The notes under the pieces: model-generated
Seen by the model: only the letters and a program-made list of their open reading frames with translations
Database searches by the model: none
What the model was told of the DNA's origin: nothing
From: a virus
Lineage: Duplodnaviria; Caudoviricetes
Virus record (IMG/VR): IMGVR_UViG_3300030095_000341
Coordinates: 1-31,234 of that record
Length of the DNA: 31,234 bases
Reading direction: 5' to 3' (one strand)
Shown here: positions 18,251 to 27,288 of the stretch, piece by piece
Position numbering within the stretch: position 1 is the first letter of the stretch
Layout: each line of letters starts with the position of its first letter
Position numbers and translations under genes: made by a program

Positions 18251-19833
18251 TGTCTGTTTTTTATCAATCAAAAATCCTACAAACGCCTACTGAAGAAATG
18301 CAAGACGGTGGCAGCGTTAAACCTCGCAAGATGTTTAGAGGGGGCATGGGTGGTTTTGAACTTCCTGAAAATTTACAAGAACTTATTGGTTATGCTCCTT
18401 CTCAAAACCGTATAGAAAATGTGGTTGAAGAAGAAACAGCTCCCGCCACGTTTAATGCGTCAACCCCTGTTACTGTGGATGAAAATCTTCTTAACTTCAC
18501 TCCTGCTCAAATGGCAAGAATGAATGAAGACCTTGCAATTAGACCAGAACAAGGAATTTATGGAAACTTCCCTACTACAGAAGGCGCAGCAGAATTTTTG
18601 TATGGGTTTGGAGACCCTACCTACGACACTACACCGACAAATTTTGGGGATGCTTACGCACTTTGGCAACAATCTAAACCTGAACCTCCCCGCAGGCCAG
18701 GAGGTATGGGCGCAGCAAGCAAAAGCTATCAAGCAAAAAGAAAGCAGTATGAACAAGACTTCGCAGCTTGGGAAGCTAGTGAACCTGATTTCGATACTTT
18801 TTCTACAACGGAGGAAACTACTACTGAAACAGCTCCTACAGAAGAAGTAACTGTACAAACAACCCAGGAGATGATAGAGGAAGGAAGCCTTACTCCTGAG
18901 TACATTCAAGAACTAATTAATGCTGAAGGTCTTACAAGAGACGATGTCTACAATATTCTTGAAACAGGATTCTCGTTCAGCGAAGAACAAATGGCCCAGC
19001 TGTTTGACCAAGGAGTCTTGACAAGAGATGAAATTGCATCTTTAGTTGACGAAGCAGTTGCCGCTATGGAAACTGGTGAAGAAACAGGAGAAGCATTAAC
19101 GGAAGAAGAGGTTGCTGAAATAGCTGCTTCTTCGGGCATGACTGAAGATCAAATAAACGAGCTTATCTCTCAACAAATTGGCGGTCAGGACATGAGCCAA
19201 TTTGTAACTCAGCCCCAGTTACAAGAACAAATTTCAGGACTAGAAGGTCTGTTTCAGAACTATCTAACACCTGAACAGCTACAAGGTTATTTAGACGAGC
19301 AAGGAGCTGGTTACGATCAAACGATTCAAGAACTTCAAGGTAAACTAGGTACGTTAGAACAACAGTATCAAGACGTAACTTCTCAGTACGAAGCGGATGC
19401 GGTACAAAACCAGATTGATCAAACTAAAGATGATCTCAACACTTACTTTGCTAGTGCCGCTCCTACGGGTCCACGAACAGGGTCTACGTCGCAGTTTAAA
19501 TCTGGGTCTTCGTTCCTTCCTGGAGGTAGCCCGATGGCTAACCTAATAGGAATGCAGAGAGAAGGACAAGGACAAGATCCATTTAGCACTTACTTAAAAA
19601 CATTTACCCCTAGTTATTCGGATTATGATGCACCGTTTACTGCAGAAGAGTATGGTAGTCGAAACCAACCACTTCTAGGAACCCAGTACTCTAATCCGTT
19701 TACTGGCGGGGCTTCTTACAAAGGAGCTGACGGTGGTCAGATTTCTTCTAATGGGATTATGGATCTCACGAACTTCGATACGAATGTTCAACCTTTTCAA
19801 AACGCTTTTAGACCGAATAAACCAAGGACGTAA
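18250..19833 (+). CDS. Acidic E/Q/T-rich putative virion protein
   Basis: 527-aa ORF; MQDGG, MFRGG and ADGG motifs; repeated LTx(E/D)(E/D/Q) helices. Confidence 0.6.
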   Translation: MSVFYQSKILQTPTEEMQDGGSVKPRKMFRGGMGGFELPENLQELIGYAPSQNRIENVVEEETAPATFNASTPVTVDENLLNFTPAQMARMNEDLAIRPEQGIYGNFPTTEGAAEFLYGFGDPTYDTTPTNFGDAYALWQQSKPEPPRRPGGMGAASKSYQAKRKQYEQDFAAWEASEPDFDTFSTTEETTTETAPTEEVTVQTTQEMIEEGSLTPEYIQELINAEGLTRDDVYNILETGFSFSEEQMAQLFDQGVLTRDEIASLVDEAVAAMETGEETGEALTEEEVAEIAASSGMTEDQINELISQQIGGQDMSQFVTQPQLQEQISGLEGLFQNYLTPEQLQGYLDEQGAGYDQTIQELQGKLGTLEQQYQDVTSQYEADAVQNQIDQTKDDLNTYFASAAPTGPRTGSTSQFKSGSSFLPGGSPMANLIGMQREGQGQDPFSTYLKTFTPSYSDYDAPFTAEEYGSRNQPLLGTQYSNPFTGGASYKGADGGQISSNGIMDLTNFDTNVQPFQNAFRPNKPRT

Positions 19834-19838
19834 TTATT

Positions 19839-20249
19839 ATGATGCCTATTAACGAACAACCGAACCGATTAGATCAACTCAGAGCTTCCACGGCCCCTAT
19901 GCCTATGGGCGGCAACCCAACTCCCTTGAATGCTCCCCCCGTAGGCTCTATGCCTCCTCCCCCACCTGCAGGGGGAGGCGGTCCTCAAATGGCTTCACCT
20001 GCGCCCATGGGAGCTGACCCTATGCCAGCAGGAGACAACGCTCGTTTAGATGAGTTGTTAGCTTCTGTTGCAGGCGAAGAAGGGATGATGCCTGAGGAAG
20101 CTATGATGGAAGAAGCTCCTATAGAAATAGCTAGTGGATTAGCCGATGCTGCAGTTAGTCTTGCAGGGTCTATTCCAGCTGCTAAAGCAGAGTTAGAGTC
20201 AGCGTTAGCTCAACTAGATGCAATGGAGATGGCAGAAGGACTAACGTAA
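19839..20249 (+). CDS. Pro/Met-rich hypothetical protein
   Basis: Low-complexity N-terminal half and helical C-terminal half; last gene of the plus-strand block, converging on the helicase with a 9-nt overlap. Confidence 0.7.
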   Translation: MMPINEQPNRLDQLRASTAPMPMGGNPTPLNAPPVGSMPPPPPAGGGGPQMASPAPMGADPMPAGDNARLDELLASVAGEEGMMPEEAMMEEAPIEIASGLADAAVSLAGSIPAAKAELESALAQLDAMEMAEGLT

Positions 20250-21683
20250 CCAGTCCTGCCACTTATCATCTCCTAGAACTTCTTGAGCAAGATCTAGTTT
20301 ATTTCTGAGAGCGTCGACAATCTTCTCGTCTATCGTGTCTTTTGCCACAAGATCAACGTAGGTGACTTTATTAGTCTGCCCAATACGGTGTGCTCTATCT
20401 TCTGACTGTAAGCGTTTCTCTAAGTCAAAATTGTTAGAGTAATAAATTACATTCTTAGCTTCGGTCAACGTAATCCCATACCCTCCTGTTTGTGTGTTTC
20501 CTACGAAAAACCGTAACGGGGATTCAGGGTCTTGAAAATCTCTAATAACACGCTCACGCTCATCAGGATGAGTATCTCCGAAATAAGAAGATACCGCCTG
20601 TGTTCCAAACACTTCGTGTAAGCTGTTTACTATTTCTATAATGTTTTGACGATAGTTCGCCCAGATTATTACCTTACCTTGCATCTCTGATATCACTTCG
20701 AACATTGAGTCAATACGGTTATTGTCTATAGGGATGTCTTTGTCATCGTCACTTTTAACGTGGCCGCATACTATCTGATGAAGTCTTAATAACTGTGTGA
20801 GTATATTCGTAACAGAAATCTGTTCCTGATCTTCTAGGATCGTGATTGCGTATTCTTTCAACTCGTTATAGAGCTTCTTCTGTTCAGCTGTTAGTTCTAC
20901 ATCTCTACGCTGATAGACTTTATCAGGTAAGTCTAGGCAGTCTTTCTTCAATACTCTGAAAGAAAACGTATCTAGTTTCGTGGTTAGTTCATCTAGGTTT
21001 CTAAATCCTACAACCTGTTTCACTGTTCTTCCTCCGAAATATCGATTAACAACCTCACCGTAATGATTCTGAAAAGAATAGAAAGAGGTAAATCCTAAGA
21101 GACTCCTTTCTAAAGTTTCTGTCTGACTATACAGGTCTAGTGGTGATTGAGTTATTGGAAACCCTGTTAGTATTCTTCTGAACTTAGCATCTTTACTAAG
21201 TTTTATGATCGCCTTGGTTCTAGCGGCTTTTGGATTCTTAATTGTTGTTGACTCATCAACCGCGAACATTGTTAAGTGACTGAAGATAAACTTCTCAGTG
21301 AACGTCACTCCTTTCTTTGAGCTAAACGCCTCTACGTTTATAACCAGGATCTTCAGCTTATCCATCACATCAAACAACGCGGTTAGATCTTCTTTCTCCT
21401 TCTTACGAGGATTAGGCGACCAAACGGCTACATGACGATCTATATAGTCAGGAAGGTGCGCAGGGATCTCCCTAGAAGCCCAGTTTTTATAGACTCCTTT
21501 AGGAGCAATAATAACTACTCCGTTGATGGCTCCTTTACCGTAAAGTATTCCAATCGTATCAATTAAGACTTTCGACTTCCCCGTACCCATCTCCATGAAC
21601 AGCGCATACTTCTCTTTTTTCCATGAGCGAAGCAACGCAGTGCGTTGATGTTCAAACGGTTCAGTCTTGAATTCGTATTTCAA
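20241..21683 (-). CDS. SNF2-family (SF2) helicase/ATPase
   Basis: MEMGTGKS (Walker A), VDES (motif II), LTGFP (III), GGYGITLT (V), QSEDRAHRIGQ (VI); TTG start with AAAGGAAA RBS. Confidence 0.92.
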   Translation of the reverse strand: MKYEFKTEPFEHQRTALLRSWKKEKYALFMEMGTGKSKVLIDTIGILYGKGAINGVVIIAPKGVYKNWASREIPAHLPDYIDRHVAVWSPNPRKKEKEDLTALFDVMDKLKILVINVEAFSSKKGVTFTEKFIFSHLTMFAVDESTTIKNPKAARTKAIIKLSKDAKFRRILTGFPITQSPLDLYSQTETLERSLLGFTSFYSFQNHYGEVVNRYFGGRTVKQVVGFRNLDELTTKLDTFSFRVLKKDCLDLPDKVYQRRDVELTAEQKKLYNELKEYAITILEDQEQISVTNILTQLLRLHQIVCGHVKSDDDKDIPIDNNRIDSMFEVISEMQGKVIIWANYRQNIIEIVNSLHEVFGTQAVSSYFGDTHPDERERVIRDFQDPESPLRFFVGNTQTGGYGITLTEAKNVIYYSNNFDLEKRLQSEDRAHRIGQTNKVTYVDLVAKDTIDEKIVDALRNKLDLAQEVLGDDKWQDWLR

Positions 21684-21690
21684 GACTCTA

Positions 21691-21743
21691 TTTCCTTTCT
21701 AAGTTCTAATAGAGATTATAGTAAATAATAATAAAAATAGAAA
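21691..21743 (-). promoter_or_regulatory. Putative leftward promoter and RBS for the SNF2 helicase
   Basis: Minus-strand TATAAT at 21715-21720, weak -35 TTTCTA 17 nt upstream, AGAAAGGAAA RBS at 21691-21700. Confidence 0.5.
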
Positions 21744-21929
21744 ATTTATTTCTTGAGAAAAAGCCCCTTACTAATACAACTAATATATTCTATTACTTTC
21801 TCCTCTCTGTTTTTCCCTTGCGTCTCAACTGTTTAGGACTGAGTTATTACTTCTATTACTCTATTGCTCTTCTTTTACGAAATTTTTAAAAAAGTTTTTA
21901 TTTTAAAATCAAGTAATACAATAAATACC

Positions 21930-21961
21930 GCTTTACTTTCCAACGGCTCCTCTAGTAAAGT
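21930..21961 (+). promoter_or_regulatory. Putative sigma70-like promoter for the replication operon
   Basis: TTTACT (21932)-N18-TAAAGT (21956), followed by AAAGGAGAAA RBS; same layout recurs at 26734. Confidence 0.6.
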
Positions 21962-21987
21962 TTTTACTTATAAAGGAGAAATTAGAA

Positions 21988-22323
21988 ATGACAGTCTATA
22001 TTGTGCAAGAAGCTCCTGGAAAAAACTTAGTCCCTGCTCAAAAGTACGGTGAACTAGAGTTACTACTTCCAGCGAGAACAAACCTGATGCTTTCTACAGG
22101 ACCAGAGGTTTTAAAACTAAAGAGAAAGCTAAGTGATTTCAATGATGAAGATTACCTGTTACTGGTAGGAGATCCAGCGGCGATAGGGTTATGTTGTGCT
22201 ATCGCAGCATCCGTAAACGGACGGTTTTCAGTTTTGAAGTGGGACAGACAGGAGATGACTTACTATCCTGTTACGTTCGATATAAGAAGAACTCCAACAG
22301 AATTAGGAGAAGTATATGTCTGA
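21988..22323 (+). CDS. Hypothetical phage protein
   Basis: Strong RBS; globular-looking sequence (DYLLLVGDPAAIG); first gene of the replication block. Confidence 0.8.
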   Translation: MTVYIVQEAPGKNLVPAQKYGELELLLPARTNLMLSTGPEVLKLKRKLSDFNDEDYLLLVGDPAAIGLCCAIAASVNGRFSVLKWDRQEMTYYPVTFDIRRTPTELGEVYV

Positions 22324-22897
22324 GACAGAAAACAAAGAGTTAACTTTCGAAGAGCTAACGGGTAATACAACTACAGAAGAGTGGAGCGACACCACCACTG
22401 ATAATGAATACTCTAAAATCTCTGCAACAGCGCACAGATTATTACATCAAGATAGACTAGTAGAAAGTTTAGAAGCTGATTTGAAAGCGGCTAAAGAACT
22501 AGCTAGAACTATACGGGAACAAGAGCTTCCTGAAGCAATGCAGTCTGCTAACTTGATGGAAATTAAATTAACAGACGGCTCTAAGATATCTATAGACCAG
22601 TTTTATAAAGGTCATATTTCCGAGCTCAATAAAACAAAAGCACACGAATGGTTAGTAGATAACGGTCACGGTGGAATCATTAAACATGAGATCACTGTCA
22701 AGTTCGGTAAAGACGAAGACGAAAAAGCTACAAACACATTAGAAAGATTAAAACAGCAGGGGTTAGCTCCTGAGGTTAAGCAAGGAGTTCATTCGCAGAC
22801 GCTAAATGCGTTTGTGAAAGAGCAGCTCACGGGTGGGAAGGATATTCCTGCCGATCTATTCGGGATATACGTGGGATCCCGCGCCAAAATAAAGTAG
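22316..22897 (+). CDS. Hypothetical replication-module protein
   Basis: AGGAG RBS; N-terminal coiled coil and VHSQTLNAFVKE motif. Confidence 0.75.
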   Translation: MSETENKELTFEELTGNTTTEEWSDTTTDNEYSKISATAHRLLHQDRLVESLEADLKAAKELARTIREQELPEAMQSANLMEIKLTDGSKISIDQFYKGHISELNKTKAHEWLVDNGHGGIIKHEITVKFGKDEDEKATNTLERLKQQGLAPEVKQGVHSQTLNAFVKEQLTGGKDIPADLFGIYVGSRAKIK

Positions 22898-22907
22898 AGG
22901 AAAAACT

Positions 22908-23699
22908 ATGGCTAGTAAGAAAGTAGCAGAGCAGCAAGCCTCTGACCTCATACCTTTCGATGACGATTTGTTATCTGCGGGTACAGGGCTAGAGGAAGCA
23001 GAGGCTGGTGATTATGCAATCCCGTTTTTACGGATTCTCCAATCAATGTCACCTCAATTAAAAAAGAGTGACGGTAAATATATCGCTGACGCAGAAGAAG
23101 GTAACTTCTTCAACACGGTTACTGAGGCGGTGTACGATGGGTCAGACGGAGTATTAATTATTCCATGCGCCTATAAAAAGAAGTATATAGAGTGGGTAAC
23201 TCGGGAAAACGGTGGTGGTTTCGTAAGTGACCAACATAATATACAGACAATAGGCTCTTGTAAAAAAGATGACAGTGGACGTTTTATCATGTCTAATGGT
23301 AATCAACTTGCTGAAACGGCAGAGTATTACTGTATTTTTGCACAAGATGAAAACGCCCCAGAGCAAGTTCTATTGAGCTTGACTTCTTCACAGCTAGGCT
23401 TTTCGAGACGTTGGAATACAATGTTGAATAACGCTCGAGTGATAAATAAGGCAGGAGAAGCTGTACCAGCTCCTATGTTTGCACATACATATCGACTAAC
23501 TACAATTCCGCAATCTAATGATCAATATAGTTGGATGGGACTTTCTGTTGAAAAAGAAGGGCCAACTTCATTGCCATTAGCGACAGCGGCATTAGAGTTT
23601 ATGAAGGCGGCTAGACAAGGCACTGTTCGAGTACAACAAGAACAAGAATCAGTGGTAACAACTACGGAGGAAGAGAACGAGGACGACGTTCCATTTTAG
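22908..23699 (+). CDS. Putative single-stranded DNA-binding/recombination protein
   Basis: Acidic C-terminal tail EEENEDDVPF typical of SSBs; immediately upstream of the primase. Confidence 0.6.
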   Translation: MASKKVAEQQASDLIPFDDDLLSAGTGLEEAEAGDYAIPFLRILQSMSPQLKKSDGKYIADAEEGNFFNTVTEAVYDGSDGVLIIPCAYKKKYIEWVTRENGGGFVSDQHNIQTIGSCKKDDSGRFIMSNGNQLAETAEYYCIFAQDENAPEQVLLSLTSSQLGFSRRWNTMLNNARVINKAGEAVPAPMFAHTYRLTTIPQSNDQYSWMGLSVEKEGPTSLPLATAALEFMKAARQGTVRVQQEQESVVTTTEEENEDDVPF

Positions 23700-23714
23700 T
23701 GTTAAGGGTGAGCA

Positions 23715-25238
23715 ATGTCATTACAGGAAGAATTTGCCCACCGTTTTGCGGGGTTAAGGCACGGACATAGTGTCTTTACCCCGACAAAAGAAACACGGGA
23801 AGATGGGAAAGCAAAGGGTAAGTATGTAACAATATCTAAAACTCTGAGCCAAAAAGAACTTGAAGATATTTGGTTACAGCACCTAAAAGGTGAAAGAGGT
23901 CTCGGTATAGTACCGATTGACGAAGATAACAACTGCATTTGGGGATCTATTGATATCGATGAGTTTTCAGTAGATCTGAAGGGTTTAGCTAAGAAGCTAA
24001 AGAAATTTAAATTACCTTTGGTCGTATGTCGATCAAAGAGTGGAGGGGCGCACTTATTTCTATTTGTGTTTGACCCCGTCCCTGCATCTACGATGCAACG
24101 AAAACTTAGACAAGTAGCGTCTGCTATTGGGTTTGGCCAGTCTGAGATATTTCCTAAGCAAACTAAGCTCTTATTAGAGCGAGGGGATAGAGGAAGTTCT
24201 CTGAATATGCCTTATTTTGGCGGGGAGAACTCTACTGGTTACGGCTTCGGCCCGACTGGTAAAGTTCTCAGTCCGAAAGAATTCCTAGAGTATGTAGAGA
24301 CACTCGTTCTAACTGAAGAAGAGTTAGAAAAACTAGAAGTGACTCCTATACTAGAAGACGCTGAGTGGTTAGATCAAGCTCCTCCTTGTTTAGAGCATCT
24401 TATAGCTCAGGGGTTTCCGAAAGGAATGCGAAACTCAGGACTGTTTAACGTAGGAGTTTTTCTACGAAAGAAGTTCCCAGATGATTGGGAGAGTCGAGTA
24501 GAGCAGGCTAACCATAAACACTTCTCTCCTCCTTTGAGTGCGCAAGAAGTATTGACGGTTACGAAACAGGTTCAGAAGAAAGATTATTTCTATAAGTGTA
24601 ACGATCAGCCGATAGCGGGACACTGTAACAGTCCTCTATGTAGAACTCGTAAATTTGGTATAGGAGCTTCGGGCGGCACTCCTCTGTTCAGTAATCTAAC
24701 TAAACAGAATAGTGACCCACCTATCTGGTTCTTAGATGTAGAAGGTGGACGACTAGAGTTAGAAACTGAAGAACTCCTGAACCAGAATAGGTTTCAGAGA
24801 AAGTGTATGGACAGCCTCAATATTATTCCTCAGAAGGTAAGGGATAATGTCTGGCGTCAGATTATACAACAGCTCCTGGATACTTTGACTATCATCGAAG
24901 TTCCTAAAGACGCATCAACTGAGGGGCATTTCAACGAATTATTAGAGACGTTTTGTACTGAACGTCCTGCTAGAGAACGTGACGAGTTACTATTAGGAAA
25001 GCCGTGGTCGGATAAAGATAGAACATATTTTAGACTAGGCGATCTGATGGACTACTTACACCGCAAGAACTTTAGAGACTACCCTAGAAATAAACTTACA
25101 GCTAAGTTGAGGAATATGGGAGGAGATTCTTATTTCTTCAATATAAAAGGGAAAGGTGCGAATGTGTGGCATATACCACAGTTTGAAGCTCAGACAGAAT
25201 CACACGACTTACCTGATTTCGACGACAGCGTACTGTAG
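23715..25238 (+). CDS. Archaeo-eukaryotic primase (AEP) superfamily primase
   Basis: WGSIDID (DxD), RSKSGGAHLF (SxxGxH), GMRNSGLF (PriCT-like) and a Cys cluster. Confidence 0.82.
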   Translation: MSLQEEFAHRFAGLRHGHSVFTPTKETREDGKAKGKYVTISKTLSQKELEDIWLQHLKGERGLGIVPIDEDNNCIWGSIDIDEFSVDLKGLAKKLKKFKLPLVVCRSKSGGAHLFLFVFDPVPASTMQRKLRQVASAIGFGQSEIFPKQTKLLLERGDRGSSLNMPYFGGENSTGYGFGPTGKVLSPKEFLEYVETLVLTEEELEKLEVTPILEDAEWLDQAPPCLEHLIAQGFPKGMRNSGLFNVGVFLRKKFPDDWESRVEQANHKHFSPPLSAQEVLTVTKQVQKKDYFYKCNDQPIAGHCNSPLCRTRKFGIGASGGTPLFSNLTKQNSDPPIWFLDVEGGRLELETEELLNQNRFQRKCMDSLNIIPQKVRDNVWRQIIQQLLDTLTIIEVPKDASTEGHFNELLETFCTERPARERDELLLGKPWSDKDRTYFRLGDLMDYLHRKNFRDYPRNKLTAKLRNMGGDSYFFNIKGKGANVWHIPQFEAQTESHDLPDFDDSVL

Positions 25239-26732
25239 ATGCTAACACAACGGGCACAAATAATACTTGGCCCTCCTGGAACTGGTAAAACAAGCACCTT
25301 GTTAGGGTTACTCGAAGAGGAACTCGATAAAGGAACAGATCCTGAAGACATAGGGTTCTTCACGTTTACGAAACAAGCAGTGCAGGAAGGAAAGAGCAGA
25401 GCGATGTCGAAGTTCTCTGTGACTAATAACCAACTGCGGTATTTTAGAACCCTCCACTCGTTATGTTTTTATCAGCTGAGTCTATCTAAGGGTAGTGTTA
25501 TGTCTTCTTCGGATATATACGACTTAAATGAAAAGCTGAACCTCAGATTGAAAGGAGCAGTAAACACCGAAGAGGGACACATCTCTGGTATCTCTAAAGA
25601 TGATCGACTCTTGTTTATAGAAAACCTCTCTAGGATGAGACAGGTCAGTTTAGAAACACAATGGCACGATTCTGATGATGCTGTAGGCTGGTTCGAGTTA
25701 GAGAGATTTGCTAACGGACTAAAGCTCTTTAAACAAGATCGACTGTTGATCGACTACACTGATATGCTGCAACTGTTCCTTGACCGAGGAAAGGCTCCGA
25801 AGCTAGACGTAATGTTTGTCGATGAAGCTCAAGACCTTTCTCCTCTCCAATGGGCCGTGGTCAGGAAGCTGTGTGAGTCAGCTGATCGTATCTATATTGC
25901 AGGTGACGATGATCAAGCTATCTATCGTTGGGCTGGTGCAGATGTTGATTACCTCATTCGTAACTCTAAGAACGCGATGGTTCTCAAACAGTCCTATAGA
26001 ATCCCTAAATCTATCCATACCCTTGCCGAGCGTTGTATCGGACAAGTCGGTTCGCGGGTACATAAAGTGTGGAACCCTAGAAAAGAAGAAGGACACGTTT
26101 CGTGGGAACCGTCTTATGAAACTATAGACATGGAACACGGTGAGTGGTTAGTGTTAGCAAGGACGAATTATCTACTTAATAACATCGAACAACACTGTAG
26201 GTCTGAAGGTTGGTTCTATAAAAGCAAAAACAAGCCAAGCGTTTCGGAAAGAAAGATCATGGCAGTGCGATCTTGGGAGAGTTTTAGAAAAGGAGAGGGA
26301 ATGCCTTTTGTAGATTTCACCAAAGTGCTTAATTATTTAAAGATTCGTCTACCTAACTCCCTCGAGAATTTCGACTTTGATACTTATATCACACACGAAA
26401 TAGCCTCAAAACACATTCCTAACCTTCCTAACGAATATTGGTACGATGTATTCACAGCAATCTCAGCAGATGAGCGCAGTTACATACGAGCCATGCTTAG
26501 GCGGGGTGAAAAGATCACAAAAGAACCACGGATACGTTTATCCACCATTCACGCAGCCAAAGGAGGTGAAGCAGATAATGTAATTTTACTAACAGACATA
26601 TCAAGTCGCGTGTACAAATCTTTCCAGGATAATCCTGACGATGAGTCGCGTGTGTTTTATGTAGGGCTTACTAGGGCAAAAGAAAATCTTTATTTAATTG
26701 AGCCGCAAACGCAAAAGTATTTTCCGCTTTAG
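25239..26732 (+). CDS. UvrD/Rep-like SF1 helicase
   Basis: GPPGTGKT, VDEAQD, GDDDQAIYRW, QSYR, STIHAAKGGE, FYVGLTRAKE. Confidence 0.93.
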   Translation: MLTQRAQIILGPPGTGKTSTLLGLLEEELDKGTDPEDIGFFTFTKQAVQEGKSRAMSKFSVTNNQLRYFRTLHSLCFYQLSLSKGSVMSSSDIYDLNEKLNLRLKGAVNTEEGHISGISKDDRLLFIENLSRMRQVSLETQWHDSDDAVGWFELERFANGLKLFKQDRLLIDYTDMLQLFLDRGKAPKLDVMFVDEAQDLSPLQWAVVRKLCESADRIYIAGDDDQAIYRWAGADVDYLIRNSKNAMVLKQSYRIPKSIHTLAERCIGQVGSRVHKVWNPRKEEGHVSWEPSYETIDMEHGEWLVLARTNYLLNNIEQHCRSEGWFYKSKNKPSVSERKIMAVRSWESFRKGEGMPFVDFTKVLNYLKIRLPNSLENFDFDTYITHEIASKHIPNLPNEYWYDVFTAISADERSYIRAMLRRGEKITKEPRIRLSTIHAAKGGEADNVILLTDISSRVYKSFQDNPDDESRVFYVGLTRAKENLYLIEPQTQKYFPL

Positions 26733-26733
26733 T

Positions 26734-26764
26734 GCTTTACCTTCTAAGGGTCTTTAAGTAAACT
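26734..26764 (+). promoter_or_regulatory. Putative sigma70-like promoter for the DNA-modification/polymerase operon
   Basis: TTTACC (26736)-N17-TAAACT (26759) in the only gap of the block, followed by AAAGGAGAAA RBS. Confidence 0.6.
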
Positions 26765-26787
26765 AATAAATAAGAAAGGAGAAATAA

Positions 26788-27288
26788 ATGAATATATTTG
26801 TTACTGACCCAGATCCAGTAATAAGTGCACAGACGTTGTGTGATAAACACGTTGTCAAAATGGTACTTGAATCAGCGCAGATGCTATCTACAGCGTGGCG
26901 CGACTTCTCGACTAAATATTCTGACGACAATGAATTATATAAAACCGCACATCTTAATCACCCCTGTAGTATTTGGGTTAGACAAGCTCGAGAAAACTAT
27001 AAGTGGTTATACAGACACTTCGTTGCTTTGTGCGATGAATACACACACCGCTACGGGAAAAGTCATGCCTCTGCTAGACTCAAGGGGCCACTGATGTGGC
27101 GACCTTTTAAACCTAGTGCCTTACTAGATGCAATAGAAGAACCTTACGGGTTCGTACTAGCAATGCCTGATGAATATAAATCAGAAGATATATTTTCATC
27201 TTATCAAAATTATCTAATGAATGAAAAACAACACTTTGCTAAATGGGAAAAAGACCCTAGCCGCAAACCAACATGGTGGAAAACATAA
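26788..27288 (+). CDS. Pyrimidine dimer DNA glycosylase (DenV/T4 endonuclease V-like) family protein
   Basis: MNIF...DKHVVKMVLESAQMLST, HLNHPCSIW, EYTHRYGKSH and AMPDEY motifs. Confidence 0.8.
   Translation: MNIFVTDPDPVISAQTLCDKHVVKMVLESAQMLSTAWRDFSTKYSDDNELYKTAHLNHPCSIWVRQARENYKWLYRHFVALCDEYTHRYGKSHASARLKGPLMWRPFKPSALLDAIEEPYGFVLAMPDEYKSEDIFSSYQNYLMNEKQHFAKWEKDPSRKPTWWKT

Noticed and set aside
15247-19139. Antisense and nested ORFs within the large virion genes
   Set aside because: Fully overlapped by long coding genes and lacking recognisable features.
20241-20249. Terminator between the convergent late block and the helicase
   Set aside because: The genes overlap by 9 nt and I see no convincing hairpin with a U-tract.
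21864-22052. 62-aa ORF across the control region
   Set aside because: Low-complexity AT-rich translation overlapping a promoter-like element and a gene with a much better RBS.
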